From an uncultured bacterium (GTDB taxonomy: Bacteria; Acidobacteriota; HRBIN11; JAKEFK01): DNA of 64,000 bases. A program made the translations under genes and the position numbers. Location of the stretch: the NCBI GenBank assembly GCA_963777505.1, contig CAVZQN010000001.1:640001-704000 (forward strand). Direction: 5' to 3'. Below are positions 31,141 to 41,785 of the stretch, piece by piece. The notes under the pieces are model-generated. The model saw only the letters and a program-made list of their open reading frames with translations. It did not search any database and was not told the origin of the DNA. Numbering within the stretch: the first letter of the stretch is position 1; every line of letters begins with the position of its first letter.

Positions 31141-33243
31141 ATGAATTTATCAGCGGGAACTCAAATCGGGAATTATGAAATTCTTGGTTTGCTTGGCACC
31201 GGTGGAATGGGACAAGTCTTTCGCGCGCGCGATATTCAGCTCGGACGACTGGCTGCGATCAAATTTTTAACAGATGTGGGAGTTGGAAGCGAAGGAGGTT
31301 TACGCCGGTTCATCACTGAAGCAAAAGCTGCTTCGGCCTTGAATCATCCGAATATCCTGACTGTTTATGGAATCGGTGAACATGAAGGCAATCCATTCAT
31401 TGCAATGGAATTTGTAGATGGCTCAACTCTTCGTTCCATGATTAAGGGGGCACCTCTACCGTTAAAGCGCGCGCTTGAAATCACAAGGCAAACTCTAGCC
31501 GGACTTTCCAAGGCTCATTCGATCGGAATCATTCATCGCGACTTGAAGCCTGAAAACATCATGGTAACTCATGATGGATTGGTTAAGATTCTGGATTTTG
31601 GCCTTGCGAAACTTTTGAAAAGTGATGCACCCGATCAAACTTCGGGACCGCTTGAAACGATTGGACAGTCCGATACAAAAACTGGAATGATCCTTGGTAC
31701 TGCCGCATATATGAGTCCCGAACAAGCTCGCGGTCAAAGTGCCGATCTGCGTTCCGATATTTTTTCGCTGGGAATCGTCTTGTACGAAATGATTACGGGC
31801 ATCAATCCGTTCCGCCGCGAAACTACAGTCGATACGATTAGCGCAATTTTGCGCGATGCTCCCACGCCGGTCGGTTTACCTTCAAAAACACTCCCCCCAG
31901 GATTGAATGCGATTTTGGAAAAAGCGCTTGAAAAGAAATCCGAAAATCGATTTTCCTCCACTCGTGAAATGGAAACTGCGCTTCTGCAATTGCGAACTCA
32001 GTTAAGCTCTCTGGAAGATTCTGAAACAGCGGCATACTCGACTGTTTCTCCACCAACATTACCTTCACAAGCACCACCTGCGGAACTAAAACAACGATCG
32101 CAAACGATGCGATGGGCCCTGATGGGATTAATATCGGCCGTTTTACTCGGAGGTGCTTTCTTCATTATGAAGAAACCTGAAAAGCATCTCATGGCAGGAT
32201 CACCTGTCATTGCCGTCATGTCTTTTGAAAATCAAACGGCCGATCCAGAACTAAAACAAGCTGATATAGGTAGAATTTTATCCGATGCTTTCGTTCAAGT
32301 GCTTTACGATTGCAAAGGTGTGCAGGTGATTTCACCCTGGCGTGTGAACGGCGCAGCGATGGAACTTGGAAGATCCTATTCTGATACTTCCCGTGATACG
32401 GCTCTTATTAAAAAATTAAGCGAAAATTTAAAAGCCAATGTAATTCTTTCCGGTTCACTTTCGCAGGTCGGACAAACTTTTGTGCTGAATGCGACTCTGA
32501 CCGATCTCGTCAGCGGAAAATTATTAGGAAACTTTAGATCCGATTGCAACGGAAAAACCGAAATCTTAAGCAAACTGACAACCGATGTTTCGAATGAACT
32601 CAAAGCGAGTCTTGTCGAAGCGGGAGTGACAATGTCAGGAGGCCGTGAATCAAAAGATATGGCCACTGGCTCGCTGGAAGCCTATGCGCACATGTTGAGA
32701 GCGAAGGATTTTAACAATGAAGGTAAATGGAATGAAGGCGTAAAGGAACTGGAAAAAGCTCTTGAAATTGATCCCAATATGGCGCTTGCATGGGCGGAAC
32801 TGGCGTGTGCATATTCATTTGCTGGAGATGATGCTCGTTCAAAAGCAGCCCAAATAAAAGCTTTTGAATTGAAACCACGACTGACAAGAAAAGAACAAGA
32901 ATGGCTTGAAGGAATTTCAGTATGGCTTTCAGGAAGCGGCCCAGAATTCAGACAGTCAATGCAACAATATATGAAAGATTATCCCGATGAACGCGATGCT
33001 CACTTTTATATTGGATTGTCCTGGCAATGGCTCGATCATGATTGTCAGAAAGCGCTCGAATCATATGAGATAAGCTTCCGGTTGACTCCAAACTACTATC
33101 CGGTTACAAAAGCGATCGTAGATTGTCATTTGGAAATGAATCAGAAACAAGAAGCGATCAACAGTTTAAATCGATATTTGAAACTTGTTCGCTCCGGATA
33201 CGGACATCAACAAGCCAAAGATCGCTTAACGAAAATCCACTAG
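31141..33243 (+). CDS. Membrane Ser/Thr protein kinase with periplasmic TolB-N-like and TPR domains
   Basis: GTGGMG, HRDLKPEN, DFG, YMSPEQ; TM segment; TPRs. Confidence 0.93.
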   Translation: MNLSAGTQIGNYEILGLLGTGGMGQVFRARDIQLGRLAAIKFLTDVGVGSEGGLRRFITEAKAASALNHPNILTVYGIGEHEGNPFIAMEFVDGSTLRSMIKGAPLPLKRALEITRQTLAGLSKAHSIGIIHRDLKPENIMVTHDGLVKILDFGLAKLLKSDAPDQTSGPLETIGQSDTKTGMILGTAAYMSPEQARGQSADLRSDIFSLGIVLYEMITGINPFRRETTVDTISAILRDAPTPVGLPSKTLPPGLNAILEKALEKKSENRFSSTREMETALLQLRTQLSSLEDSETAAYSTVSPPTLPSQAPPAELKQRSQTMRWALMGLISAVLLGGAFFIMKKPEKHLMAGSPVIAVMSFENQTADPELKQADIGRILSDAFVQVLYDCKGVQVISPWRVNGAAMELGRSYSDTSRDTALIKKLSENLKANVILSGSLSQVGQTFVLNATLTDLVSGKLLGNFRSDCNGKTEILSKLTTDVSNELKASLVEAGVTMSGGRESKDMATGSLEAYAHMLRAKDFNNEGKWNEGVKELEKALEIDPNMALAWAELACAYSFAGDDARSKAAQIKAFELKPRLTRKEQEWLEGISVWLSGSGPEFRQSMQQYMKDYPDERDAHFYIGLSWQWLDHDCQKALESYEISFRLTPNYYPVTKAIVDCHLEMNQKQEAINSLNRYLKLVRSGYGHQQAKDRLTKIH

Positions 33244-33294
33244 GGGAGCGCGGACGTCTCGTCCGCATCAGGGACCGCAGGCGTCTCGCCTGCA
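33244..33294. repeat. REP-like doublet, family B copy 2
   Basis: GGGAGCGCGGACGTCTCGTCCGC..GGGACCGCAGGCGTCTCGCCTGCA. Confidence 0.8.
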
Positions 33295-33299
33295 TTTTT

Positions 33300-33400
33300 A
33301 TTGAAAATTGTACAATTGCAAATTGTACGATTTTATATTTTCAGCTCCCGGTATGTTCGGAATTATTAAATTTACAATTTGCAATCGAACAATCTGCAAT
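33300..33400. repeat. Inverted heptamer hairpin (ATTGYAA / TKCAAT units)
   Basis: ATTGAAAATTGTACAATTGCAAATTGTA ... TACAATTTGCAATCGAACAATCTGCAAT. Confidence 0.65.
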
Positions 33401-33680
33401 ACTTCGGTTAAGGGAGCGTGACCTCTTACCGGCAGGAAAATGTCGTGCGAATTATGGATTTCTTACTTGCGTTATGTATGCGTATATTTTTTCGCTGACT
33501 CAGTCGACTGCTAGAGAAGCCTCCTCGGTTGTGTAAAACGTTCGCCACAACCTGCAAAGAACAATATCAAAAGAACTAATGGCCGAAATTTCGATTTAAT
33601 GTTGTGTCCTTTTACTGTGCCGTCCGAACGATTTCTTGCGCTGGTTCATTTCGAAATTCTGTTACTTGTACGCAAAAATT

Positions 33681-33731
33681 GCGGACTGGAAGTCCGCGAT
33701 CCCCGATGCAGGCTGGAAGCCTGCGGTCCCT
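33681..33731. repeat. REP-like doublet, family B copy 3
   Basis: GCGGACTGGAAGTCCGCGATCCCCGATGCAGGCTGGAAGCCTGCGGTCCCT. Confidence 0.8.
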
Positions 33732-33762
33732 TATGCAGCTCCGCTTCTTTGTGTCTTTGTGG

Positions 33763-35865
33763 TTAATTCGTTACACCCAGTTCGGCCAGCATAAACGCAT
33801 AATCGAATGCATCTTCCTTCAACGAATCATATCTACCGGATTGTCCGCCATGCCCGCCTGCTTCGATTGCAGATTTTAGCAAGATGACATTTTGATCCGT
33901 TTTTAGTGCACGTAACTTCGCAACATACTTCGCACCTTCCCAATAAGGCACCTGGCTGTCATAAAACGAAGTCCGTACAAGCATGGCAGGATATTTTTGC
34001 GCCTTAACGTTTGTATATGGACAATACGATTTCATGTAAACATATTCATCTTTCTTATTTGGATTCCCCCACTCAAGATATTCCGGAACTACAAGTGGGA
34101 TTGTTGGATCAAGCATCGTATTAATAACATCCACATACGGGACATAATTCAAAACAACTCGAAACAAGTCGGGTCTCTGATTCATTACTGCGCCCATCAA
34201 TAACCCGCCTGCACTTCCGCCTGTTGCAGCTAAATGATCCGGTGATGTGTACTTTTCAGCGATGAGATGCTCTGCAACAGAGATGAAGTCATTGAAAGTG
34301 TTCTTTTTATTCATCATCTTCCCTTGCTCGTACCATTCCTTGCCAAGATCTCCACCGCCGCGAATGTGCGCGTAGGCGCAAATCATTCCTCGATCCAACA
34401 AAAGTAATCGGTTGCTATCGAAATACGCGGACATCGAAGAACCATAAGCTCCATAACCATCTAATAAAAGTGGGGCCGAACCATCTCTTTTCACACCTTT
34501 GCGATAGACAAGTGAAACAGGAATCTTTACACCATCTTTTGCAGGCGCATGTGTGCGTTCCGAAACATAATTGGCAGAATCAAAACCACCAGGAACTTCC
34601 TTCTGTTTCAATAAAGTTTTCTTACGTGTATCCATGTCGTAATCAAAAATCGAACTGGGAGTCACAAGTGATTGATAACTGAACCTGACAATGTTTGTAT
34701 CGAAAACATTGTTTGCTGACATATACGCAGAATAGATGGGTTCCGGCATTTCGATTTTGTGGGAGTCACCGGTTCGAAGATCAATGACACGCAGACTAGG
34801 AATGGCATCCTGGCGATACGAAATCACACAGTGATTTGAAAAAAAGTTCGCACCCTCTAATAGGACCGATTTCTCATGCGGAACAAAATCTTTCCAGTTC
34901 TGCATTGATGGATCATTCATCGGAACGGAAACAATTCGATTATTTTTCGCATCTTTGTTCGTAAGAATGTAAAACTTACCCTTGTAGTAATCGGGGTAGT
35001 ATTCATGATCGGTTTCGCGCGGCAAAATCATGACCGGTGTTTCAGAAGGTTTTGAACTGTGGAGATATTTGAATTCAGTTGTATTCGAACTCGCCGATCC
35101 TACAAAAATAATTTCTTCCTCTTTCGTGGCATACGCAAATAAACGAAACGTTTCATCCTTTTCTTCTTCGATCAGTTCATGCTTATCAGTTCCAAGCTCG
35201 TGTCTGTATAAACGAAAAGGACGTTTCGCGGGGTCCGTCGTTGTATAAAACAAAGTTTTGTTATCCAATGCCCAAACAACGGAACTAACCCGTTCAATCT
35301 TTTCAGGAAATAAGGTTCGAGTACGCAAATCCATAATCTGAAGTGTGTAATCACGGTATCCCAAAGAATCCGTTGAATATGCCATTAAATTCCCGTCCGG
35401 GCTGATTTCAATTGCTCCAAGAGACATAAACTTTAAACCTTCGGCAAGCTTATTTACATCGAGAAGTATCTCTTCAGGCGCTTCCAAACTACCCTTTTTT
35501 CTGCATTGAATGGCATATTGCTTCCCCTCTTCGGTACGGGTGTAATAAAAATAATCCCTGTAACGAAAAGGAACTGTGAGATCTGTTTCCTTCATGTGGC
35601 TCAACATTTCTTTATAAAGTTTTTCCTGAAGGCCGCTTGTGGGTTTCATAAATGCATCGGCATACGCATTTTCTGCAGCAAGATATGCTTTAACATCCGG
35701 ATTATCTCTCTCCCTGAGCCAAAAATAATTATCCTGTCTCGGATCATCATGAATTGTCATTTCTTTTGGAATTTTTTTTGCCATTGGAGGTTCAAGCGAT
35801 TCCTTCGCAGCTAACGTGAACCAAAAGGCAGCAATGATGATGACAGTGAAAGCAGTTTTCTTCAT
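33763..35865 (-). CDS. ptrB: Oligopeptidase B (S9A), with signal peptide
   Basis: DNYFWLR, GYGAYG, RGGGDLG, GGSAGG, EWGNP, DSQVPYWE, GH. Confidence 0.92.
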   Translation of the reverse strand: MKKTAFTVIIIAAFWFTLAAKESLEPPMAKKIPKEMTIHDDPRQDNYFWLRERDNPDVKAYLAAENAYADAFMKPTSGLQEKLYKEMLSHMKETDLTVPFRYRDYFYYTRTEEGKQYAIQCRKKGSLEAPEEILLDVNKLAEGLKFMSLGAIEISPDGNLMAYSTDSLGYRDYTLQIMDLRTRTLFPEKIERVSSVVWALDNKTLFYTTTDPAKRPFRLYRHELGTDKHELIEEEKDETFRLFAYATKEEEIIFVGSASSNTTEFKYLHSSKPSETPVMILPRETDHEYYPDYYKGKFYILTNKDAKNNRIVSVPMNDPSMQNWKDFVPHEKSVLLEGANFFSNHCVISYRQDAIPSLRVIDLRTGDSHKIEMPEPIYSAYMSANNVFDTNIVRFSYQSLVTPSSIFDYDMDTRKKTLLKQKEVPGGFDSANYVSERTHAPAKDGVKIPVSLVYRKGVKRDGSAPLLLDGYGAYGSSMSAYFDSNRLLLLDRGMICAYAHIRGGGDLGKEWYEQGKMMNKKNTFNDFISVAEHLIAEKYTSPDHLAATGGSAGGLLMGAVMNQRPDLFRVVLNYVPYVDVINTMLDPTIPLVVPEYLEWGNPNKKDEYVYMKSYCPYTNVKAQKYPAMLVRTSFYDSQVPYWEGAKYVAKLRALKTDQNVILLKSAIEAGGHGGQSGRYDSLKEDAFDYAFMLAELGVTN

Positions 35866-35891
35866 TTTTTATTGCCCTCCAGGAGTTGTGT

Positions 35892-35984
35892 TTTGTAGTA
35901 AGGCACGCAGGCTCATGAGACAGTGCCGTTCTGGCTTTTTACGGCACTGCCTTGCATTCGCACGGCTGCGTGCGTTACTACAAA
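35892..35984. repeat. REP/MITE-like palindromic element, family A copy 2
   Basis: TTTGTAGTAAGGCACGCAG ... CTGCGTGCGTTACTACAAA with inner CAGTGCCGT/ACGGCACTG stem. Confidence 0.85.
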
Positions 35985-36016
35985 CATAAGTTAGACGAGA
36001 TCATGACATCTTTGGT

Positions 36017-38110
36017 TTAACCTACCTGGATTAAACCAAAGCGATTGTTCCAGTATTTTTGGAAAAAGTCGTTAAGTACAGCAGGTTTATCTCGAAATGC
36101 ATCCATATAGCTGAAAGCTTCCTTCCTCGCAACTTCTAGAATTTTTTGATCCAGAATCAGATCAGCAACTCGAAATTTCGCCATGCCCGATTGTCTGGTC
36201 CCAGTTAATTCACCGGGTCCACGGATCTGTAAGTCGGTTTCTGCAATGCGAAAACCGTCAGTCGTACTGATCATAGCCTGAATCCTTTGTTTAGCCTCCT
36301 GCGTTAACTTCGATACATTTGGAATTAAAAGATAAGAAAAAGATTGTTCTGAACCGCGTCCGACACGGCCTCTGAGTTGATGAAGCTGTGAAAGCCCAAA
36401 TCGTTCAGCATGTTCAATGACCATTATGCTTGCATTCGGCACATCGATACCGACTTCTATAACAGTAGTGGCAACCAGGATCTGAATCTTTCGTTCTAGA
36501 AAATTGCGCATGAGAATTTCACGTTCAGCCGATGGGATCCCTCCATGAATTAATCCAAGAGATAAATCCGGATAGGCTTTATGAAGTTGAGCGTAAAGTT
36601 GTTCAGCCGCCGAAAGCTGTAACTTTTCCGATTCTTCAATCAGCGGACATAACACATAAGCTTGTTTGCCGGCTTTTACATCCGCAGCAATTCTGCTGTA
36701 AAGCTCTGCTTTCTTTTTGATCTCAACACTTTTCGTGATGATTGGTTTCCGTCCTGGTGGCATTTCATCCAGAACAGAAGTTTCAAGGTCGCCATAAACT
36801 GTGAGCGCAAGAGATCGAGGAATCGGCGTTGCGGTCATAATCAGGCAGTCAGGCTGCTGTCCTTTCTGAAGCAGTCTTTCACGTTGTAACACACCAAAAC
36901 GGTGTTGTTCATCAATGATGACAAGCCCAAGACGATTAAACAAAACAGGATCCTGAATTAAAGCGTGTGTACCGATTACGAGATGGCATGCTCCACTGGC
37001 TACTTCTTCAAGAACTCCCGCACGTTCTTTGCGCTTTTGACCGCCGCGAAGTACACGTACTATATATGTAGTATTACTAAGGATTTGGCAGATTTTACTA
37101 AAATGCTGCTCCGCGAGAAGCTCTGTTGGAGCCATGATTGCAACCTGTAACCCATTTTCGATAGCCACCATTGCGGCCATTAACGCTACAATCGTTTTTC
37201 CGCTGCCAACATCTCCCTGCAAAAGCCTGTACATGACGACCTCGGCTTTCATGTCTTCTACAATTTCCCGGATCACTTTCTTTTGAGCTCCCGTAAGACG
37301 AAAAGGCAGCGCTTCTTTTATCTTGCGCCGGATCCGATCATCGATATCGATCCGGTGATCTTTCTTCGGCCTTGCTTTTCGCCGATATGCGAGACCAAGC
37401 TCCAAAAGATAGAACTCTTCGAAGATCAATCTACGATGTCCTTGCGAACGGCGAGCATCCAACTCATCGATCGTGATATCGGCTCCTGGAAAATGAAGCT
37501 GATTGAATGCAGTTTTGCGATCGACAAGACGATAGTGTTCACGAATTTTTTGTGACAATGGTTCACCGAATGCTCCAGGAGGAAGCGCTTCAAGACAGAA
37601 ACGGATAATATAGCGAAGCATTTTCGGAGTAATTGTTCCAATTCTTTCGTAAACAGGACGCAGTTGAAGATATTCCGAAACTTCTTTTTCTTTCAGAAAT
37701 TCGTACTGAGGGTCTTTGATTGCTGGACCGGATGAAATCGCCTCCATTTGAGCAATTCCATGCACAATCACTCTTTTCCCTTTTTCAAACTGGTCCTTTA
37801 GATAAGGTTGATTGAAGAAGCGCAACAAAGCAGAACCGGTTGTATCGCGGACCGTAACATCGAGAATTCGAAAACGCTGGCGGGATGTGATGTGTAAGTT
37901 TACGCGAGAGACTGTTCCTGCAATCGTAATAGGCTGACCATTCTTTGCCTCGGATACTGTATTGAGATGCCGCCAATCTTCATAACGGAACGGCAAATAC
38001 CACAATAGCTCCTCGATTGTTCGTATCCCATGATCGCGCAAAACCTTTCCCCGTTTTTCGTTGATCAGCGGAGCGCTTTCGATGCTTGAAGATAGCTGTA
38101 ATGCTTTCAT
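36017..38110 (-). CDS. recG: ATP-dependent DNA helicase RecG
   Basis: QGDVGSGKT, DEQHRFG, TATPIPR, QLRGRVGR, RGPGE. Confidence 0.97.
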   Translation of the reverse strand: MKALQLSSSIESAPLINEKRGKVLRDHGIRTIEELLWYLPFRYEDWRHLNTVSEAKNGQPITIAGTVSRVNLHITSRQRFRILDVTVRDTTGSALLRFFNQPYLKDQFEKGKRVIVHGIAQMEAISSGPAIKDPQYEFLKEKEVSEYLQLRPVYERIGTITPKMLRYIIRFCLEALPPGAFGEPLSQKIREHYRLVDRKTAFNQLHFPGADITIDELDARRSQGHRRLIFEEFYLLELGLAYRRKARPKKDHRIDIDDRIRRKIKEALPFRLTGAQKKVIREIVEDMKAEVVMYRLLQGDVGSGKTIVALMAAMVAIENGLQVAIMAPTELLAEQHFSKICQILSNTTYIVRVLRGGQKRKERAGVLEEVASGACHLVIGTHALIQDPVLFNRLGLVIIDEQHRFGVLQRERLLQKGQQPDCLIMTATPIPRSLALTVYGDLETSVLDEMPPGRKPIITKSVEIKKKAELYSRIAADVKAGKQAYVLCPLIEESEKLQLSAAEQLYAQLHKAYPDLSLGLIHGGIPSAEREILMRNFLERKIQILVATTVIEVGIDVPNASIMVIEHAERFGLSQLHQLRGRVGRGSEQSFSYLLIPNVSKLTQEAKQRIQAMISTTDGFRIAETDLQIRGPGELTGTRQSGMAKFRVADLILDQKILEVARKEAFSYMDAFRDKPAVLNDFFQKYWNNRFGLIQVG

Positions 38111-38147
38111 TCTCTTTATTGTAACTCTGCGTCTCTGTGGTTCAGAG

Positions 38148-40184
38148 CTAGTGGATGGGAAGTGAAGTTTTTTTCAATGAATATTTACGTATCTTCTTTT
38201 GGAGTCCCTGCCTGGTTAAACCTAACTTTCGAGCCGTATAAGAAACATTCCAACCATTTTCTTCAAGGCTTTGCCTGATAATGTAGGATTCTACCGAAGA
38301 AATTTTGTCATGCAGCGATCCGCTTTGAACAGGGACGGAGACGGGCATATTTACGCCCGTTAACGATTTAGGAAGATGCAAAGGCTGAATGATTTTGTCT
38401 GCTGTTAAGATCACAACGCGTTCAACAATATTCTCAAGTTCGCGCACATTGCCTGGCCAATCATAATCTTGAAGAACGCTGATTGCTTCCGGAGATATAC
38501 GCTTTCCAGGCAGCTCGTTTGAAATACAAAATTTTTCGACAAAATAATTTACCAGTACGGGAACGTCTTCCTTTCTTTCACGCAAAGGAGGAATATAGAA
38601 CGGCACGACATTGAGCCTGTAATATAAATCCTTTCTGAACTTTTTTTCGGCCACAAGACGTTCCATATCCTGATTTGTTGCGCAAATAATTCTGACATTT
38701 ACCTTTCGATTCGGTTTATCTTCGCCAATCTTTTGAATTTCTCCATATTGAACTGCGCGCAAAAGAAGCGTTTGAAGTTTGATACTCATATCGGCAACTT
38801 CATCGAGAAAAAGCGTCCCTTGATGTGCCAGTTCAAATTTTCCCATTTGATCTCGAATGGCGCCTGTAAATGAGCCTTTGACATGTCCGAAAAGTTCATT
38901 TGCAAGAATCTCTTCGGCCATTCCACCGCAGTTTACAGTGATGAAAGGCATGTCGCATCGTTTGCTATTGAAATGAATTGCGTGAGCGATCAATTCCTTC
39001 CCAACGCCGCTTTCCCCAAGAAGCATTACCGTTACATTGGATTGGGCTACCTTTTCAACGAACTGATCGACTTCTTGCATGATTTTACTTTTTCCAATGA
39101 TCGTAATTTCTCCGCCTTTCAGTTTGATATATTCACCAAGCTGTGCCCGGCGCAGCAAAAACACCATTTCATCAATCAGTTTTTGCAAGGATTGAACATG
39201 ATCAATTGTGAAATGATTCAATCGTGTAGATTCCAAAAGTAGTACACCGATCCCACGGCCTTGAAAAATAATCGGGATCCCAAGATTCGATTGAATATTA
39301 CGGAATAATGTTACGTAATGGCGGTCTTTGGAGACATCACCGCAAATGTAAGGCGCCCTTGTGCGAAGGACTTCAAAAGAGATTCCGGAGCGTTGTCCCG
39401 CTGAATACTGTAATCGCGATGGAGGATTCTGAAAAAAATCACCTTTGCTTGCTAGCTGCTTGATAATGAGATCTCCAGTTGATTCCTCAAGTAAAAGGAT
39501 GGTGCCATGGGCGGTTCCGGTTAATTCAAAAGCAAGTTGGAGAATATTTTTCAACAGTTGATCGAGTTGATTACTTTGAAGGGAATTCATGGAAAGAATC
39601 TTTGATGTCAGTTCATCGCGGAGTTGGTTCTCTTTTTCTAACGCTTCAAATCGTTGCATTGTTTTGATCAAGCGTGCAGTTTGAGAACAAAATGCAAGAA
39701 GAAATGCCGCATCATCTTTGTTGAAGGCTTTTGCCTTATCAGATTCAATAACCAATATTCCGGTAACAGTCGTGGGAACTTTCGGTTCACCTGGTTCAGA
39801 ACCCTTAACCGACACTGCAGTTTGCAATAGGGTTAAAGGGATATAGATTCCTGAGCGCGCACCGCGATAAAAAGGCAAATGGAAAGAAGAATCCGAATAG
39901 TCCGTCACAATTTCATGATGACCTTCAAACGCAATTTCCTTGAATACAGGCTCCATTAAGGCAAGGAGAGTCGTTTTTCGGAGAAGATCGCGTTCGGTTT
40001 TTGCGCGTATATCCAGACATTCTTTTTCGTAGTCAATGAGCGCAAGCAGTCCGAAAGGAGCGTCTACTGCTTGCAAGCAAAATTCAAGAACACGATTCAG
40101 AAGTTCATTCAGGCTGGACATCGAATGAAGTTCAAGAATCAGAGGATAAATCTGCGCAATTCGATCGTCTTTGGTGACGGCCAT
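38148..40184 (-). CDS. Sigma-54-dependent transcriptional activator with two GAF domains
   Basis: GESGVGKE, ELFGHVKGSFTGA, LFLDEV, WPGNVRELEN, Fis-type HTH. Confidence 0.93.
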   Translation of the reverse strand: MAVTKDDRIAQIYPLILELHSMSSLNELLNRVLEFCLQAVDAPFGLLALIDYEKECLDIRAKTERDLLRKTTLLALMEPVFKEIAFEGHHEIVTDYSDSSFHLPFYRGARSGIYIPLTLLQTAVSVKGSEPGEPKVPTTVTGILVIESDKAKAFNKDDAAFLLAFCSQTARLIKTMQRFEALEKENQLRDELTSKILSMNSLQSNQLDQLLKNILQLAFELTGTAHGTILLLEESTGDLIIKQLASKGDFFQNPPSRLQYSAGQRSGISFEVLRTRAPYICGDVSKDRHYVTLFRNIQSNLGIPIIFQGRGIGVLLLESTRLNHFTIDHVQSLQKLIDEMVFLLRRAQLGEYIKLKGGEITIIGKSKIMQEVDQFVEKVAQSNVTVMLLGESGVGKELIAHAIHFNSKRCDMPFITVNCGGMAEEILANELFGHVKGSFTGAIRDQMGKFELAHQGTLFLDEVADMSIKLQTLLLRAVQYGEIQKIGEDKPNRKVNVRIICATNQDMERLVAEKKFRKDLYYRLNVVPFYIPPLRERKEDVPVLVNYFVEKFCISNELPGKRISPEAISVLQDYDWPGNVRELENIVERVVILTADKIIQPLHLPKSLTGVNMPVSVPVQSGSLHDKISSVESYIIRQSLEENGWNVSYTARKLGLTRQGLQKKIRKYSLKKTSLPIH

Positions 40185-40245
40185 GGGTGAAGCCCCATAT
40201 TAACATAGTCTTTGAGTCTTTGCGGTTCGTATTAAGATATGAGTT

Positions 40246-41433
40246 ATGGATTCACGAACCTTACTTAAGAAACTGGAAAAAACACTCGAAAAGATCGAGG
40301 AATCGCCCAACATCGCAACCATGCTTCATACAATCGTTGAGTCGATTGTTCAAGCTTTTCCCGAATTAGGAATTAAAGGCGGCCGCATTTACGAACAAAC
40401 AAACAGTCATTATCAATTAGTTTCGCAAGCAGGCGATTCACATGTTCCTCCGGATTATTCAATCTCGATGGACTATTACGCCATTCAAAAGCTCCGGAGT
40501 GAAGGCCAGGTATTTATGTGCCCGACGGATGAAGGATACGATCCAAAAATTGAAGGACCACTTGGGATGGAATGTTTTGCTGCGATCAGTTTGGGTGAAC
40601 ATGATGAGTGGTTCATTTCATTCTCACTGATTGAGCCGATCGATGAACAAAATGTTCATTACATGCTGACAAGTATTTATTTTGTTGCCAATCTGAAAAT
40701 CCGCACCAAAAGGCTTGAAACGTACATTGCGGAAGCGCGAAAAATTCAAATGAGCTTGCTTCCAACTGAGTTTCCACAATTCTATGATTTCGATATTTAC
40801 GGCAGAAGTATGCCTGCGGCAATTGTTGGTGGCGACATCTTTGATTCGATTCCGATCTCTGAAACAATTCTTGGTCTTGCAATTGCCGATGCAAGCGGTC
40901 ATGGACTTCCGGCTGCGCTTCAAGTCCGCGATGTGTTTATAGGATTAAGAATGGGACTTGAAAAGGATCTAAAGATTGTTCGGACGGTACAAAAGTTGAA
41001 TTCTGTTCTTTCAGCTGCTGGCAAAAGCCATGAATTTGTCACACTTTTCTATGCCGAACTTGAAGATAATGGCAACTTTTTTTATGTAAATGCCGGCCAT
41101 CCCCCTCCAATTTTTTTTGGCAACACTACAGTTCACGAACTCACACGTGGCGGACTCATTCTTGGACCTTACCCGAGTGCGAAATATGAACGCGGATTCG
41201 TCTTCTTTGAAAAAGGGAACACTCTTGTCATGTATACAGATGGTGTAACAGAAGCCACAAATACTGTCGGAGAAGAATTCGGAACAGAAAAATTGACTGA
41301 TCTCATTCAGAAAAATCGGGATGCCACTAGCAAAGAACTTGTCGATATTATCTTTCAAGAAATTGACAAATTCACAAATTCCTATACGCCTGCCGATGAT
41401 CGAACGCTTTTTGTAGTGCGCAAAACTCGTTAA
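40246..41433 (+). CDS. PP2C/SpoIIE (RsbU-like) protein phosphatase
   Basis: VGGD, IADASGHG, NAGHP, YTDGVTE, DDRT. Confidence 0.92.
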   Translation: MDSRTLLKKLEKTLEKIEESPNIATMLHTIVESIVQAFPELGIKGGRIYEQTNSHYQLVSQAGDSHVPPDYSISMDYYAIQKLRSEGQVFMCPTDEGYDPKIEGPLGMECFAAISLGEHDEWFISFSLIEPIDEQNVHYMLTSIYFVANLKIRTKRLETYIAEARKIQMSLLPTEFPQFYDFDIYGRSMPAAIVGGDIFDSIPISETILGLAIADASGHGLPAALQVRDVFIGLRMGLEKDLKIVRTVQKLNSVLSAAGKSHEFVTLFYAELEDNGNFFYVNAGHPPPIFFGNTTVHELTRGGLILGPYPSAKYERGFVFFEKGNTLVMYTDGVTEATNTVGEEFGTEKLTDLIQKNRDATSKELVDIIFQEIDKFTNSYTPADDRTLFVVRKTR

Positions 41434-41785
41434 CTCAATCGCACCACAAAGTCGCAAGAGCACTTGCAATTTTTCATCGTCGAAACAAACTTTTAATCTA
41501 GCTGAAAACGAGCCATGATCCACGATTTGCACGCTGTTCACGAGAAATTCACAGAACCTGTGGAAAACTGTGAAATTGCAGGATGATGAAAGATACTAAC
41601 TGTAACGCGGGCAAGGACTTATGCGTGATGCTCAAAAATGATGCGTTCAGATTTCGAGGTACTCCACAATTGATGGTGGGCGGCAATTGAATTAAACACA
41701 AGATAACCGTATCATAGAGGACAATGGGGTAGGAGAATTGCACTCACAGCTTAAACTTTCAAACCGAACGATCAAGGGCGGGAAC

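Noticed and set aside
33511-33594. Lipoprotein-like fragment KFRPLVLLILFFAGCGERF on the minus strand
   Set aside because: No start codon and an early stop; may be a gene relic but too short to support.
41434-41785. Replication origin
   Set aside because: Only one good DnaA box, no dnaA/dnaN/gidA context and no clear unwinding element.
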